From: a virus
Taxonomy: Duplodnaviria > Caudoviricetes
IMG/VR virus record: IMGVR_UViG_3300005686_000008
DNA length: 64,000 nt
Direction: 5' to 3' (one strand)
Shown here: piece after piece, positions 9,811 through 17,799 of the stretch
Numbering within the stretch: position 1 is the stretch's first letter
Layout of the letters: every line of letters begins with the position of its first letter
Program-made: the position numbers and the translations under genes
The notes under the pieces: generated by a model
What the model saw: the letters and a program-made list of their open reading frames with translations, nothing else
Told to the model about the DNA's origin: nothing
Databases searched by the model: none

Positions 9811-10707
9811 ATGAGTCTCGTAAAGTCTTATACAGATGAACAGAAAGAAATGGTTATTGCTCAAGCCCTTGAGACCGATGAGGGTCGTACCGCTCTCGCT
9901 CAGGCAATGGTAGAACCAATCCGCCGCTCGCTTGAATATCAGGCGGTAGGCCGTAAGCTTCTTATGGTTGACGAGTTGCCACAGGGCGCTCTCGCTCGTT
10001 ATGAGAGAGACGTTGCTGCAATCGCATTCGTCGTCTCCCGTAGAGGCGCAGTTCCTGATCAGATCCAAGAAGGCGAGGAAATCCTCGTTCCAACTTGGGA
10101 AATCGCAGCGAACCCAACGATCCGCCTCAGCGAAATAAAGGCACGCCGCTTCTATATCGTTGACCGCGCTCAGATCAAGGCTAAGGAAGCCATCCAAAAG
10201 GAAGAGGATGAGCAGATTTTCAACGCATGCATCAACGCTCTCCGCGCTGATCAGGTTGTTTCTGGTCAAACAACTCCTCTAACCCCAGCAATGCTCAACA
10301 GCGCATTCCGCGAAATCGAACAGCACGACCTTGTTTGCACCAAGATCGTTATGAACGCTTTCCGCTATGCTGATGTTCGCCAGTTCAATCAGGGTGGAGC
10401 TGCTTCTGCTAATATCAACCCATTCTACGATCAGGCAACTGTCCGCGAAATCCTTACAACTGGTCTTTACGGCCACTTGTGGACCGCTGACCTCCACGTT
10501 TCCTCTCGTATGCGTTCCGATTACGTTCTTCTTCTTGCTTCGCCTGATACGGTTGGTGCATTCCCGATTCGTCAGGATATCACCGTCCTTCCAGCAGACG
10601 ATCCTAAGAAACTCCGCCTCGGCTGGGTTATCTATGAGGAAGTCGGCGTAGCAATCATCAACGACTACGCTCTCAGCGCAGTATCGTTCACTGGTTCCGT
10701 AACCTAA
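9811..10707 (+). CDS. major capsid protein (HK97-like fold)
   Basis: ALAQAMVEPIRRSLEYQAVGRKLLMVDELPQGAL.RYE, IVDRAQ.KAKE.IQ.EED and GWVIYEEVG.AI.N motifs. AAGGAG RBS, codon use skewed to C-ending codons, strong terminator downstream. Confidence 0.85.
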   Translation: MSLVKSYTDEQKEMVIAQALETDEGRTALAQAMVEPIRRSLEYQAVGRKLLMVDELPQGALARYERDVAAIAFVVSRRGAVPDQIQEGEEILVPTWEIAANPTIRLSEIKARRFYIVDRAQIKAKEAIQKEEDEQIFNACINALRADQVVSGQTTPLTPAMLNSAFREIEQHDLVCTKIVMNAFRYADVRQFNQGGAASANINPFYDQATVREILTTGLYGHLWTADLHVSSRMRSDYVLLLASPDTVGAFPIRQDITVLPADDPKKLRLGWVIYEEVGVAIINDYALSAVSFTGSVT

Positions 10708-10748
10708 TAGGTTATTGATAATGGTGCTAGTCTACCTTGAATGACTAG

Positions 10749-10784
10749 AAGACTGCCGATCAAATGATCGGCAGTCTTTATTTT
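10749..10784. terminator. bidirectional intrinsic terminator between MCP and the convergent HNH gene
   Basis: Perfect inverted repeat aagactgccgatca-aa-tgatcggcagtctt followed by tatttt. Confidence 0.85.
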
Positions 10785-11176
10785 AAGTGATGTTCTTTTC
10801 TATGGCAATTGGCACAAAGAATATCGCATTTGTCAAGCTCTTTTTTTACAGTTTCATCAAGACATCGAGAAGGATATTTGCAAATGCCAAAGTCTTTCAT
10901 TTTTGGATCTCGATGATGGAAGTCATATACTGATGGATGATCTATTAACCCGCATTTCATGCATTTTCCGCCTTTATAGACAACGCATTTCCTTTTGAAC
11001 TCTCTTTCGTTTTGTCTTCGTTTTTCGTAGTATCCGTTTTGTTTTCGTTGTTGGTGTTTATTTTTTTGAATTTCTGCTTTTTTCTTGGGAGATAATTTTC
11101 TCCATCTTTCTTTTGCCTTTTTTCTGTAGGTTTCTATTTCTTTTTGTGTCCACCCATCGTATGTTTTTGCTTTCAT
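10778..11176 (-). CDS. HNH homing endonuclease
   Basis: GGKC..CG......YDFHH.DP..K.F.I...........EL.KC.ILCANCHR.EH. Basic N-terminus and own AAGGAG RBS. It is the only convincing minus-strand gene. Confidence 0.9.
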   Translation of the reverse strand: MKAKTYDGWTQKEIETYRKKAKERWRKLSPKKKAEIQKNKHQQRKQNGYYEKRRQNEREFKRKCVVYKGGKCMKCGLIDHPSVYDFHHRDPKMKDFGICKYPSRCLDETVKKELDKCDILCANCHRKEHHLK

Positions 11177-11313
11177 TTTATACTCCTTATTTATCCATAT
11201 TTACAAAACAGAAAAAGTCCTTTATATGATGGCCCTTTTTCTTTTAACTCGTAAGAAGATTTGGTCGATACAGCTTATGAAACAACAGCGTATTGTAAAC
11301 GGAGGAATTTAGA

Positions 11314-11685
11314 ATGAAGATCACGCTTAGAGATGTAACACCAATGTTTGATAGCCTTAATGTTTTGATGAACTTACCGCTGCCGGCAAAGGATTCTTAT
11401 AGGCTTAGTCTTGCAGCTAAAACAATACAAGAAAAACTTGTTGCTTATGAGCAAGTAAGGCGTGGATTGGTGACAAAGTATGGAGAGAAGGTAGATAACG
11501 AAGATGTTATTAGAGTTAAGCCGGAAAACGCTGCTGCATTTCAAAAGGAAATGGAAGGATTGTTGAACGAAGAGATTGAAGTTAATTTCAAGCCCATATC
11601 AATTGCTTTGCTTGGAGAAAACAAGATAAGCGCTAGAGACATGGCAAATCTTTCGCCCTTCTTATGCGATACAGAGGAACAATGA
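11314..11685 (+). CDS. conserved phage protein (DUF1617-like)
   Basis: L..L....LP.K.SY.L......I...L..YE..R..LV.KYG...F..E...LL..EIEV pattern; GGAGG RBS. Confidence 0.6.
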   Translation: MKITLRDVTPMFDSLNVLMNLPLPAKDSYRLSLAAKTIQEKLVAYEQVRRGLVTKYGEKVDNEDVIRVKPENAAAFQKEMEGLLNEEIEVNFKPISIALLGENKISARDMANLSPFLCDTEEQ

Positions 11686-11847
11686 AAGACTCTGACCCTA
11701 AAAAGTTTGAAATATGCGTTCCGTATGTTAAGGAGAAACACAAGTAACATACCTATCGAACCTCTCCCGTAAGGTGACGTTCATTTTGGATAGGTCTTAA
11801 TCGAGAACACAGAGAATTAGAGAAAAATGAGGGTTCTTCAGAGTCTT

Positions 11848-11878
11848 AAACCGCCATCTTTGATGGCGGTTTTCTTTT
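11848..11878 (+). terminator. intrinsic terminator
   Basis: aaaccgccatc-ttt-gatggcggttt followed by tctttt. Confidence 0.85.
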
Positions 11879-11888
11879 GCGTCGATAA

Positions 11889-13265
11889 ATGAATATGAAG
11901 TTTATCAATACAACGAAGAATACGGTTCAAATAGATGATATTGGTCTTTCTGTGGAATATCAGAATGATACTCCGCAAGAGATAGATACAGAACTTGTAA
12001 AAAAGAGTTTAGCCTTTCAAAAAATGGTATCTATGGGCTGTTTCAGAGTTGTAGAGGTATCTGATGAAAGGATTGAAAAAAACCTATTTAAAGTCAGTCA
12101 AAGGGCCGTTTTTCAAGAACCTATAGTCCCGGAAAGGGGAAAAAGCGGTTCAAAGACAGAAACTATCATAAGAGGTCATTTTTACGACGCCTCCGGGTAT
12201 GCAAAAGTTAACAGAAACCTTGCATTGACATTATATAGAAAAGGAGTTTGTGTTGAAATAGATCCTGTTACCATAAGAGGAAACTGTCTCAACGAAATAG
12301 AGGCCAAGATAATGTCTGTATTCAGGAGACCAGTTGGTAAGGATGCTATTCAGATCGATAGCGTGATTCCAACGCAAGCGAAGCCTTTGGATGGTAATTA
12401 TAACATATTGTATACAACAGCAGAGTCTTCTGGCGTTCCTAATCAGTTTGTAAAAGCAGCAAATCAGTATAACGAGTTATGGGTTACAAGCTCTTTTAGC
12501 GCTCGTTCGTTTATTGATAGCGGTTATAATGGCAAGGTTACAGTTGTTCATCCTGTAGTCAATCCTAATCTATATAACCCTCAAGTACAGTCTTGCGAAT
12601 TTAGACCAGGTCTTCGTTCTTTTTCGTTTCTAAGCGTTCAAACTTGGGGATATAGAAAAGGTTCAGAAGTTCTATTGCGAGCATTTTGCGATGCGTTTAC
12701 GAATAAGGATGACGTATCTCTTGTTCTTCTTATTTCTGAAAGTTCAAGAACGCAACAGTCTAAGATAAAAGAAGAGGTAGGAAAGATTCTTTCTGAATAT
12801 CCTTGTAAGCCTCATATTTTGATATCTCATAAAGGCATTCCTGAATATCAAATGCCATCGTTTTATAAGTCATTCAATGCATTTGTTCTTCCGTCAAGAG
12901 GAGAGGGTTTTGGATTACCATATTGCGAGGCGGCTCTTTGCGGACTTCCTGTTATTGCAACAAAGTATGGCGGAAGTTTAGATTTCTTAGATGAGAATAA
13001 CTCATATCTTGTTGATGTTGATGGGTTTGAAATTGCTGAAAAAGGAAAGACAGGAATTCATTATTGGGATGGACAGAGATTCCCTAAGCTTGGAGGCGAG
13101 TTTATTAGCGGGTTGTCGGACTCTTTGAGATTGGTGGCTTCTGATAAGAATCTGAATAGCAGAAAGGCGGCATTGCTTAGGAGTAAAGTTATTGATATGT
13201 TTAGCGGCGAAAAAACCGGAAAACAGACGAAAGAAATAGTAGACAAGATATGGGAGGCAAGATGA
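11889..13265 (+). CDS. GT4-family (GT-B) glycosyltransferase with an extra N-terminal domain
   Basis: SGYA...R.L, YRKG...LL.AF...F and FVLPSRGEGFGLPYCEAALCGLPVIAT..GG, with the E-x7-E motif intact. Confidence 0.9.
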   Translation: MNMKFINTTKNTVQIDDIGLSVEYQNDTPQEIDTELVKKSLAFQKMVSMGCFRVVEVSDERIEKNLFKVSQRAVFQEPIVPERGKSGSKTETIIRGHFYDASGYAKVNRNLALTLYRKGVCVEIDPVTIRGNCLNEIEAKIMSVFRRPVGKDAIQIDSVIPTQAKPLDGNYNILYTTAESSGVPNQFVKAANQYNELWVTSSFSARSFIDSGYNGKVTVVHPVVNPNLYNPQVQSCEFRPGLRSFSFLSVQTWGYRKGSEVLLRAFCDAFTNKDDVSLVLLISESSRTQQSKIKEEVGKILSEYPCKPHILISHKGIPEYQMPSFYKSFNAFVLPSRGEGFGLPYCEAALCGLPVIATKYGGSLDFLDENNSYLVDVDGFEIAEKGKTGIHYWDGQRFPKLGGEFISGLSDSLRLVASDKNLNSRKAALLRSKVIDMFSGEKTGKQTKEIVDKIWEAR

Positions 13266-13792
13266 TACTCGTTTATATAGATTCAGAAAGCAGAATAGTT
13301 ACGTTGGTTATGGACAAGGTTGTAAAAACATATCCCTTTTCATTCATTAGAGATATTGCTAAAGAAATAGAAGGGAAGGAAGTCGTATATGTTTCAGAAA
13401 CTCTAGCGTCTAGCGGAGATGAAGTTATTGCGTTGGTTGAAGAGTTATTAGAGTCTGATAATGAAGAATCAATACAGAATGGAACGCTTTATCTCCGAGT
13501 AACAACAGCTAGTAAGAATCTTGTTAAACATGGCAACCTATCGTTTTATTTTCAAGGCATGTATGATTTCAAGCCTCTTTCTTCTTTGCCAAGCGATTTT
13601 ACAGAAACATGCAAGGTTGTTTCTGATGGACTCAAAAGCGGTTTGTTTGAAATAGTCAACGAGCAAACCAAGATATATTTAGAGCATCAGAAGCAGCAGC
13701 AACAAGAAGAAAAAGAAGAAAAGATTAGAAGAGCCAAAGAGAGCAGAAATAGGGAAGGCTCTATTGACAATCCTATTCAGATAGAGTTGTAA
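13262..13792 (+). CDS. hypothetical protein
   Basis: ATGA overlap with the GT4 gene and a GGAGG RBS; charged coiled C-terminus. Confidence 0.65.
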   Translation: MILVYIDSESRIVTLVMDKVVKTYPFSFIRDIAKEIEGKEVVYVSETLASSGDEVIALVEELLESDNEESIQNGTLYLRVTTASKNLVKHGNLSFYFQGMYDFKPLSSLPSDFTETCKVVSDGLKSGLFEIVNEQTKIYLEHQKQQQQEEKEEKIRRAKESRNREGSIDNPIQIEL

Positions 13793-13796
13793 ACAT

Positions 13797-14594
13797 ATGA
13801 ATATAGCAATTGTAAACAAAGATAAACCTTGGCTTGTTCTTGCATCAACAAGTCTTATAAAAGGTTTGCAGAAGAAATTTCCAGATGCTTCGATAACTTT
13901 CTTTATTGAACCGGAAAGTCTTCCTGTTTTACTTTTCAATAAGAAAGTTCAAACCATGATTGAACTGTTTTCTGAACAACAGTTTGATTTGGTTATAAAT
14001 ATGACTCCAACTGCGGAGTCTTCTGTTTTTTCTTCATCTATTTGTTCTGGTAATCTAGTTGGATTTATGGAAAAACCCGGAGGAGTTTCTTGTACAACCG
14101 TTGGGGCTGAAGAATATTATAAGGTTTTGTTTGAGAATAATAAAACCGAAAGACACTTGCTTCAAGTTTTGTACAGATTATGCGATATGACATGGAAGGG
14201 CGAAGGCTATGATTTGAGTTATTATCCAAAGAATAGAGCAAAGAAAAACAGTATTGGGGTCGGTATATCTAGCGGAGGATTGAGAGAGTTTGTAAGGAAT
14301 AATTTGGGTAGGACAATGGACAATGTTTATTTGATACCTGATAGAAAGAATCTTTTCAAGAAAATGGATGAAATCAATAGACATATGTATGTTGTTACTG
14401 ATGACCTTTTTACTCTGCACTCTTCAATTGCTCTAAGGAAGGATGTTGAGTTTTTGGATACGGCAGGATTGCCATATAGAATGGAGTTTTTTGGTCGCGG
14501 TAACTATTACGGAATATTTTATGCAGAATGGAAATCCCAAATGCAAAAAGACGAGTGTAAAGAGAATCCGCTCGTCCCCAACTCATCGGGTTGA
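13797..14594 (+). CDS. GT9 (heptosyltransferase)-like protein, apparently degenerate
   Basis: VL.ST.LIKGLQKKFPDASITF and VVTDD.F.LH..IAL.K match the GT9 N- and C-lobes. The usual GD motif reads PW. Confidence 0.6.
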   Translation: MNIAIVNKDKPWLVLASTSLIKGLQKKFPDASITFFIEPESLPVLLFNKKVQTMIELFSEQQFDLVINMTPTAESSVFSSSICSGNLVGFMEKPGGVSCTTVGAEEYYKVLFENNKTERHLLQVLYRLCDMTWKGEGYDLSYYPKNRAKKNSIGVGISSGGLREFVRNNLGRTMDNVYLIPDRKNLFKKMDEINRHMYVVTDDLFTLHSSIALRKDVEFLDTAGLPYRMEFFGRGNYYGIFYAEWKSQMQKDECKENPLVPNSSG

Positions 14595-15351
14595 GTATTC
14601 CTCTTCAATGTTCGGTTTTCAGAAGACGCATGGAGACGGGAAGTTTGTAAGGCTTGCTATTATAGATAGCGGCGTTCCTACTCATGATGATATAAAAACC
14701 GACTTGTTCAAATCTGTAAATTTAACAGAAAGCGGAAGCGTGTATGATGTTTTTGGGCATTCTACCGCTCTTGCTGGTATTATTGCGGCAAATGGGAATA
14801 AGGGAATAAAAGGATTAGCGATAAACACTGATTTGTATTTTGCTAAATCTCTTGCTGATAATGATGGAGATGGGAATTTTGATGCTGTAATAAAAGGAAT
14901 ATTGTGGGCTATAACAAGGGATGTTGATATTATTCTTATGTCGTTTGGTTGTCAGACGGAGCATTCTGGATTAAGGGATGCTATTAAAAAATGTCACAGA
15001 AGCGGTATCTCAATGTTTGCGGCTGGAGGAAACTGTACTAATAGAACAAAAGATGTAGACTTTCCTGCAAGATATGACGAGGTTTTTTCGGTTGGTTACT
15101 CGAATAACATAAGCAGGACAGAGGTTATTATGGCTGATGGTAATGCAAAGGGAATTATCTTGCCATCGCAAGATTTTGAAACAACTTTTGCAGATTCAAA
15201 ATTTGCTGTACTAACAGGAAGTAGTTTATGCGCAGCTGCTGTAGCTGGAATTGGAGTTTTGGCTTTTCAGGATCTTAGACACAAAGGATGCGACATTAAA
15301 AATCCTCAAGTTCTATATAATGAAATTGGAAGATTGGCGGCAAGGGAGTGA
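14521..15351 (+). CDS. S8 subtilisin-like serine protease (start uncertain: 14521 or 14608)
   Basis: AIIDSG (Asp), GHSTALAGII (His), AAGGN (oxyanion Asn) and TGSS.CAAAVAG (Ser). Confidence 0.88.
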   Translation: MQNGNPKCKKTSVKRIRSSPTHRVEYSSSMFGFQKTHGDGKFVRLAIIDSGVPTHDDIKTDLFKSVNLTESGSVYDVFGHSTALAGIIAANGNKGIKGLAINTDLYFAKSLADNDGDGNFDAVIKGILWAITRDVDIILMSFGCQTEHSGLRDAIKKCHRSGISMFAAGGNCTNRTKDVDFPARYDEVFSVGYSNNISRTEVIMADGNAKGIILPSQDFETTFADSKFAVLTGSSLCAAAVAGIGVLAFQDLRHKGCDIKNPQVLYNEIGRLAARE

Positions 15352-15360
15352 ATACTAAGA

Positions 15361-15747
15361 ATGCCTCATGTTCCTCGTAACAAATGTTGCTATCCAGACG
15401 CTGTACAGGTGTCATATACTCCTCTTGACAATAATAGTTGGTCTTCAAGTCCGAGTAGTGTTCAATATGCGCTAGATGATCTTGCTGCCAGAGTTTATGA
15501 TATAGAACTAAATGGAGGAGGCGGAGGAACTGGCAAGTATGCAGAAACCATAACAGGTAATAACATATTGAACCAGTTTAATATAGAACATGGACTTGCA
15601 ACTGAAGATGTTGTAGTTCAAATCTTTGATTCAAATAATCTTCTTGTTTCTTCTCAAGTCGAAATAGTGGATACTAATAATGTTCTTGTAACTTTCTATA
15701 ATCCGCCGGGTAATGGGATTAGTTATAGGGTAGTGGTGGTAGGATAA
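15361..15747 (+). CDS. small virion structural/fibre-associated protein
   Basis: VQ.ALD.L helix and a C-terminal I.H.L.T.DVVVQ.FD....V...V...D.NNV.VTF beta domain, common in phage fibres. Confidence 0.6.
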   Translation: MPHVPRNKCCYPDAVQVSYTPLDNNSWSSSPSSVQYALDDLAARVYDIELNGGGGGTGKYAETITGNNILNQFNIEHGLATEDVVVQIFDSNNLLVSSQVEIVDTNNVLVTFYNPPGNGISYRVVVVG

Positions 15748-17790
15748 ATGGGTTATCAATTTCTAACTCCGATTCTTTTTGGCGAAAATCTCGTCCAAGT
15801 TGCCTATGGAACAGGAAGTCCAGAGGGGGTTGTTACAGCTCCCGTTGGAAGCGTATATCTTCGTTCTGATGCCTCTGGCTCATCGGACGCTTTGTGGGTA
15901 AAAGGAAGCGGAACTGGTAATACTGGTTGGTCTCAAATTACGGCTGGCGTTGGAGCGTCCGGTTATTCAGGTTATTCAGGATATTCAGGCTTTAGTGGCT
16001 ATTCAGGATTTTCAGGATATAGCGGTTCTGGCTTTAGCGGTTACTCTGGTTATGGAACTTCTGGTTTCTCCGGTTATTCAGGAAGCGTTACAGATGCAAC
16101 GTTTGTTCCTCTTGGAACTCCTACCGATGGATTCTGGACTGACGGACTTAATCCTTGGACTGTTTCGACAACCGTTGCTGATGCATTAGATGATTGTAAT
16201 GAACTTTTTAGTTATCTTGCTCCTGCAAATGCATCTGATTTGTCTGGTAATCTTACAATGGCAAACACAACATTGTATACTGGATATGTTTCAAATGGAA
16301 ATACAAACTATAAAACTGGACTAGGAGCTGGATCTCAATATACGACAATTATTAATGACCCAACATTCACGCTAACAAGTCCAAGTACGTCAACAGCTTT
16401 CAATAAAGCAGATGAAGGTTATACTCGTTGGTATATTGCTGTTGGAACTGGATCTTATGGCGCTGCAACTGATGAAGTTAATCATGCGACAAATTTCGTT
16501 GAAGGAAGTAGAGCAGGAACTCAGGGTACGACTCCTTGGACTGATGGACAGCTTTCTGTTACTTCTGTTGCATGGTATAACTCTTTCCCGAAATGGCAAA
16601 AAGGAAACGCTGTTATAACTATTACGGCTGCTCAGTTGTCTCAGGGATATAATAAGATGAAGATGACCAGAGAGGGAAGCTTTACAACTCAGTCGTCAAA
16701 TGATTATGAGGTTTTCTACGACAATGATGCAGGCGCTAATCCATCTGTTTCTGGAACTCCAACAGCGGTAGAAGGGGCAACTGTTAATACGAGATATCTT
16801 TCTGGAGTTAAGTTTTATGATAGAGGAACAACGTTCAAAGTTGGTTGCGTTGGACTAGATTGTTTTGATAATGTTTATGTTCTCAATCCTCTTGTAATTA
16901 CTTCATCGAATAGCAATTCTATGGGGAACGCTTCTATTCCCTGGAATGACGCCACGGTAACAGGAGTTTCTGCTATTCCTGTTATTGGAGAGACAATGAC
17001 TGTTACTGATAAGGTAATAACAGTACCATCTAGTAACGTTAGAAGCACGAACGCTCGTGTTACTATAACACCATCCGATCCTTACGGGTCATATTCTGCG
17101 GTATCTTCTGCTTCGGAAAATAGATTGATTGATGGTTATTTGAATAATGCATCAGGAACATCCACTGATACAGCAGAATATTTTGATGATGAATGGTATA
17201 GGATGTTATCAAACTTTAATACTCTAAGCACTACCTATTCTTCTGGAGGAACAGGAGGTTGGGACTCTTCAGTGTCGTTAGTATCTGGAACGACTGGATA
17301 TGATGGTTTGCAATGCTTTAATGGAGGATTAAAGTATCCAGTTACTAACTATACAAGTGGATATTTACCATCAACGGGTCAGGTTAATTATTCTTCTGCA
17401 TCAGGAAATAGGGTCTATATTAGATATTTTTATGTTGGAGCAGGAATTCAGAACTTAGTATTTACATTAGCGAATCAGTCCGGAACAACAAGTTTTGTTT
17501 CAGTAGCGACTGGTCCAAGTTCTAATAATCTAACTCTAGAAATGCTTGCTCCTGCAACAACCGTGGATGGGTCTTCTGTTGTTGAATGGAAAGATTGTTA
17601 TGTTGATTACACAATAGATACGGACATAGGATGTTATGTTAGCGGAACAAAATCTTCATCAACAAGTAACTGGGCTTGTACTTTAGGAACAAAATCAACA
17701 TCAACTAGCGGAAATGTTATTGCTATTAGGATTACAGCGGCGGCAGCTTGGACTGGGGTTTTGGAGACAATATCGGTATCAGGATCATAA
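15748..17790 (+). CDS. Ser/Thr/Gly-rich fibre-like structural protein with (SGY/F)n repeats
   Basis: GTGSPEGVVTAPVGS.YLR.D....LWVK.SGTGNTGW fibre motif, an SGYSGFSG tract and beta-rich S/T domains. Confidence 0.7.
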   Translation: MGYQFLTPILFGENLVQVAYGTGSPEGVVTAPVGSVYLRSDASGSSDALWVKGSGTGNTGWSQITAGVGASGYSGYSGYSGFSGYSGFSGYSGSGFSGYSGYGTSGFSGYSGSVTDATFVPLGTPTDGFWTDGLNPWTVSTTVADALDDCNELFSYLAPANASDLSGNLTMANTTLYTGYVSNGNTNYKTGLGAGSQYTTIINDPTFTLTSPSTSTAFNKADEGYTRWYIAVGTGSYGAATDEVNHATNFVEGSRAGTQGTTPWTDGQLSVTSVAWYNSFPKWQKGNAVITITAAQLSQGYNKMKMTREGSFTTQSSNDYEVFYDNDAGANPSVSGTPTAVEGATVNTRYLSGVKFYDRGTTFKVGCVGLDCFDNVYVLNPLVITSSNSNSMGNASIPWNDATVTGVSAIPVIGETMTVTDKVITVPSSNVRSTNARVTITPSDPYGSYSAVSSASENRLIDGYLNNASGTSTDTAEYFDDEWYRMLSNFNTLSTTYSSGGTGGWDSSVSLVSGTTGYDGLQCFNGGLKYPVTNYTSGYLPSTGQVNYSSASGNRVYIRYFYVGAGIQNLVFTLANQSGTTSFVSVATGPSSNNLTLEMLAPATTVDGSSVVEWKDCYVDYTIDTDIGCYVSGTKSSSTSNWACTLGTKSTSTSGNVIAIRITAAAAWTGVLETISVSGS

Positions 17791-17799
17791 AGGTAATTC

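Noticed and set aside
11682-11747. 21-codon ATGA-coupled micro-ORF (MKDSDPKKFEICVPYVKEKHK)
   Set aside because: Too short to support without conservation or expression data.
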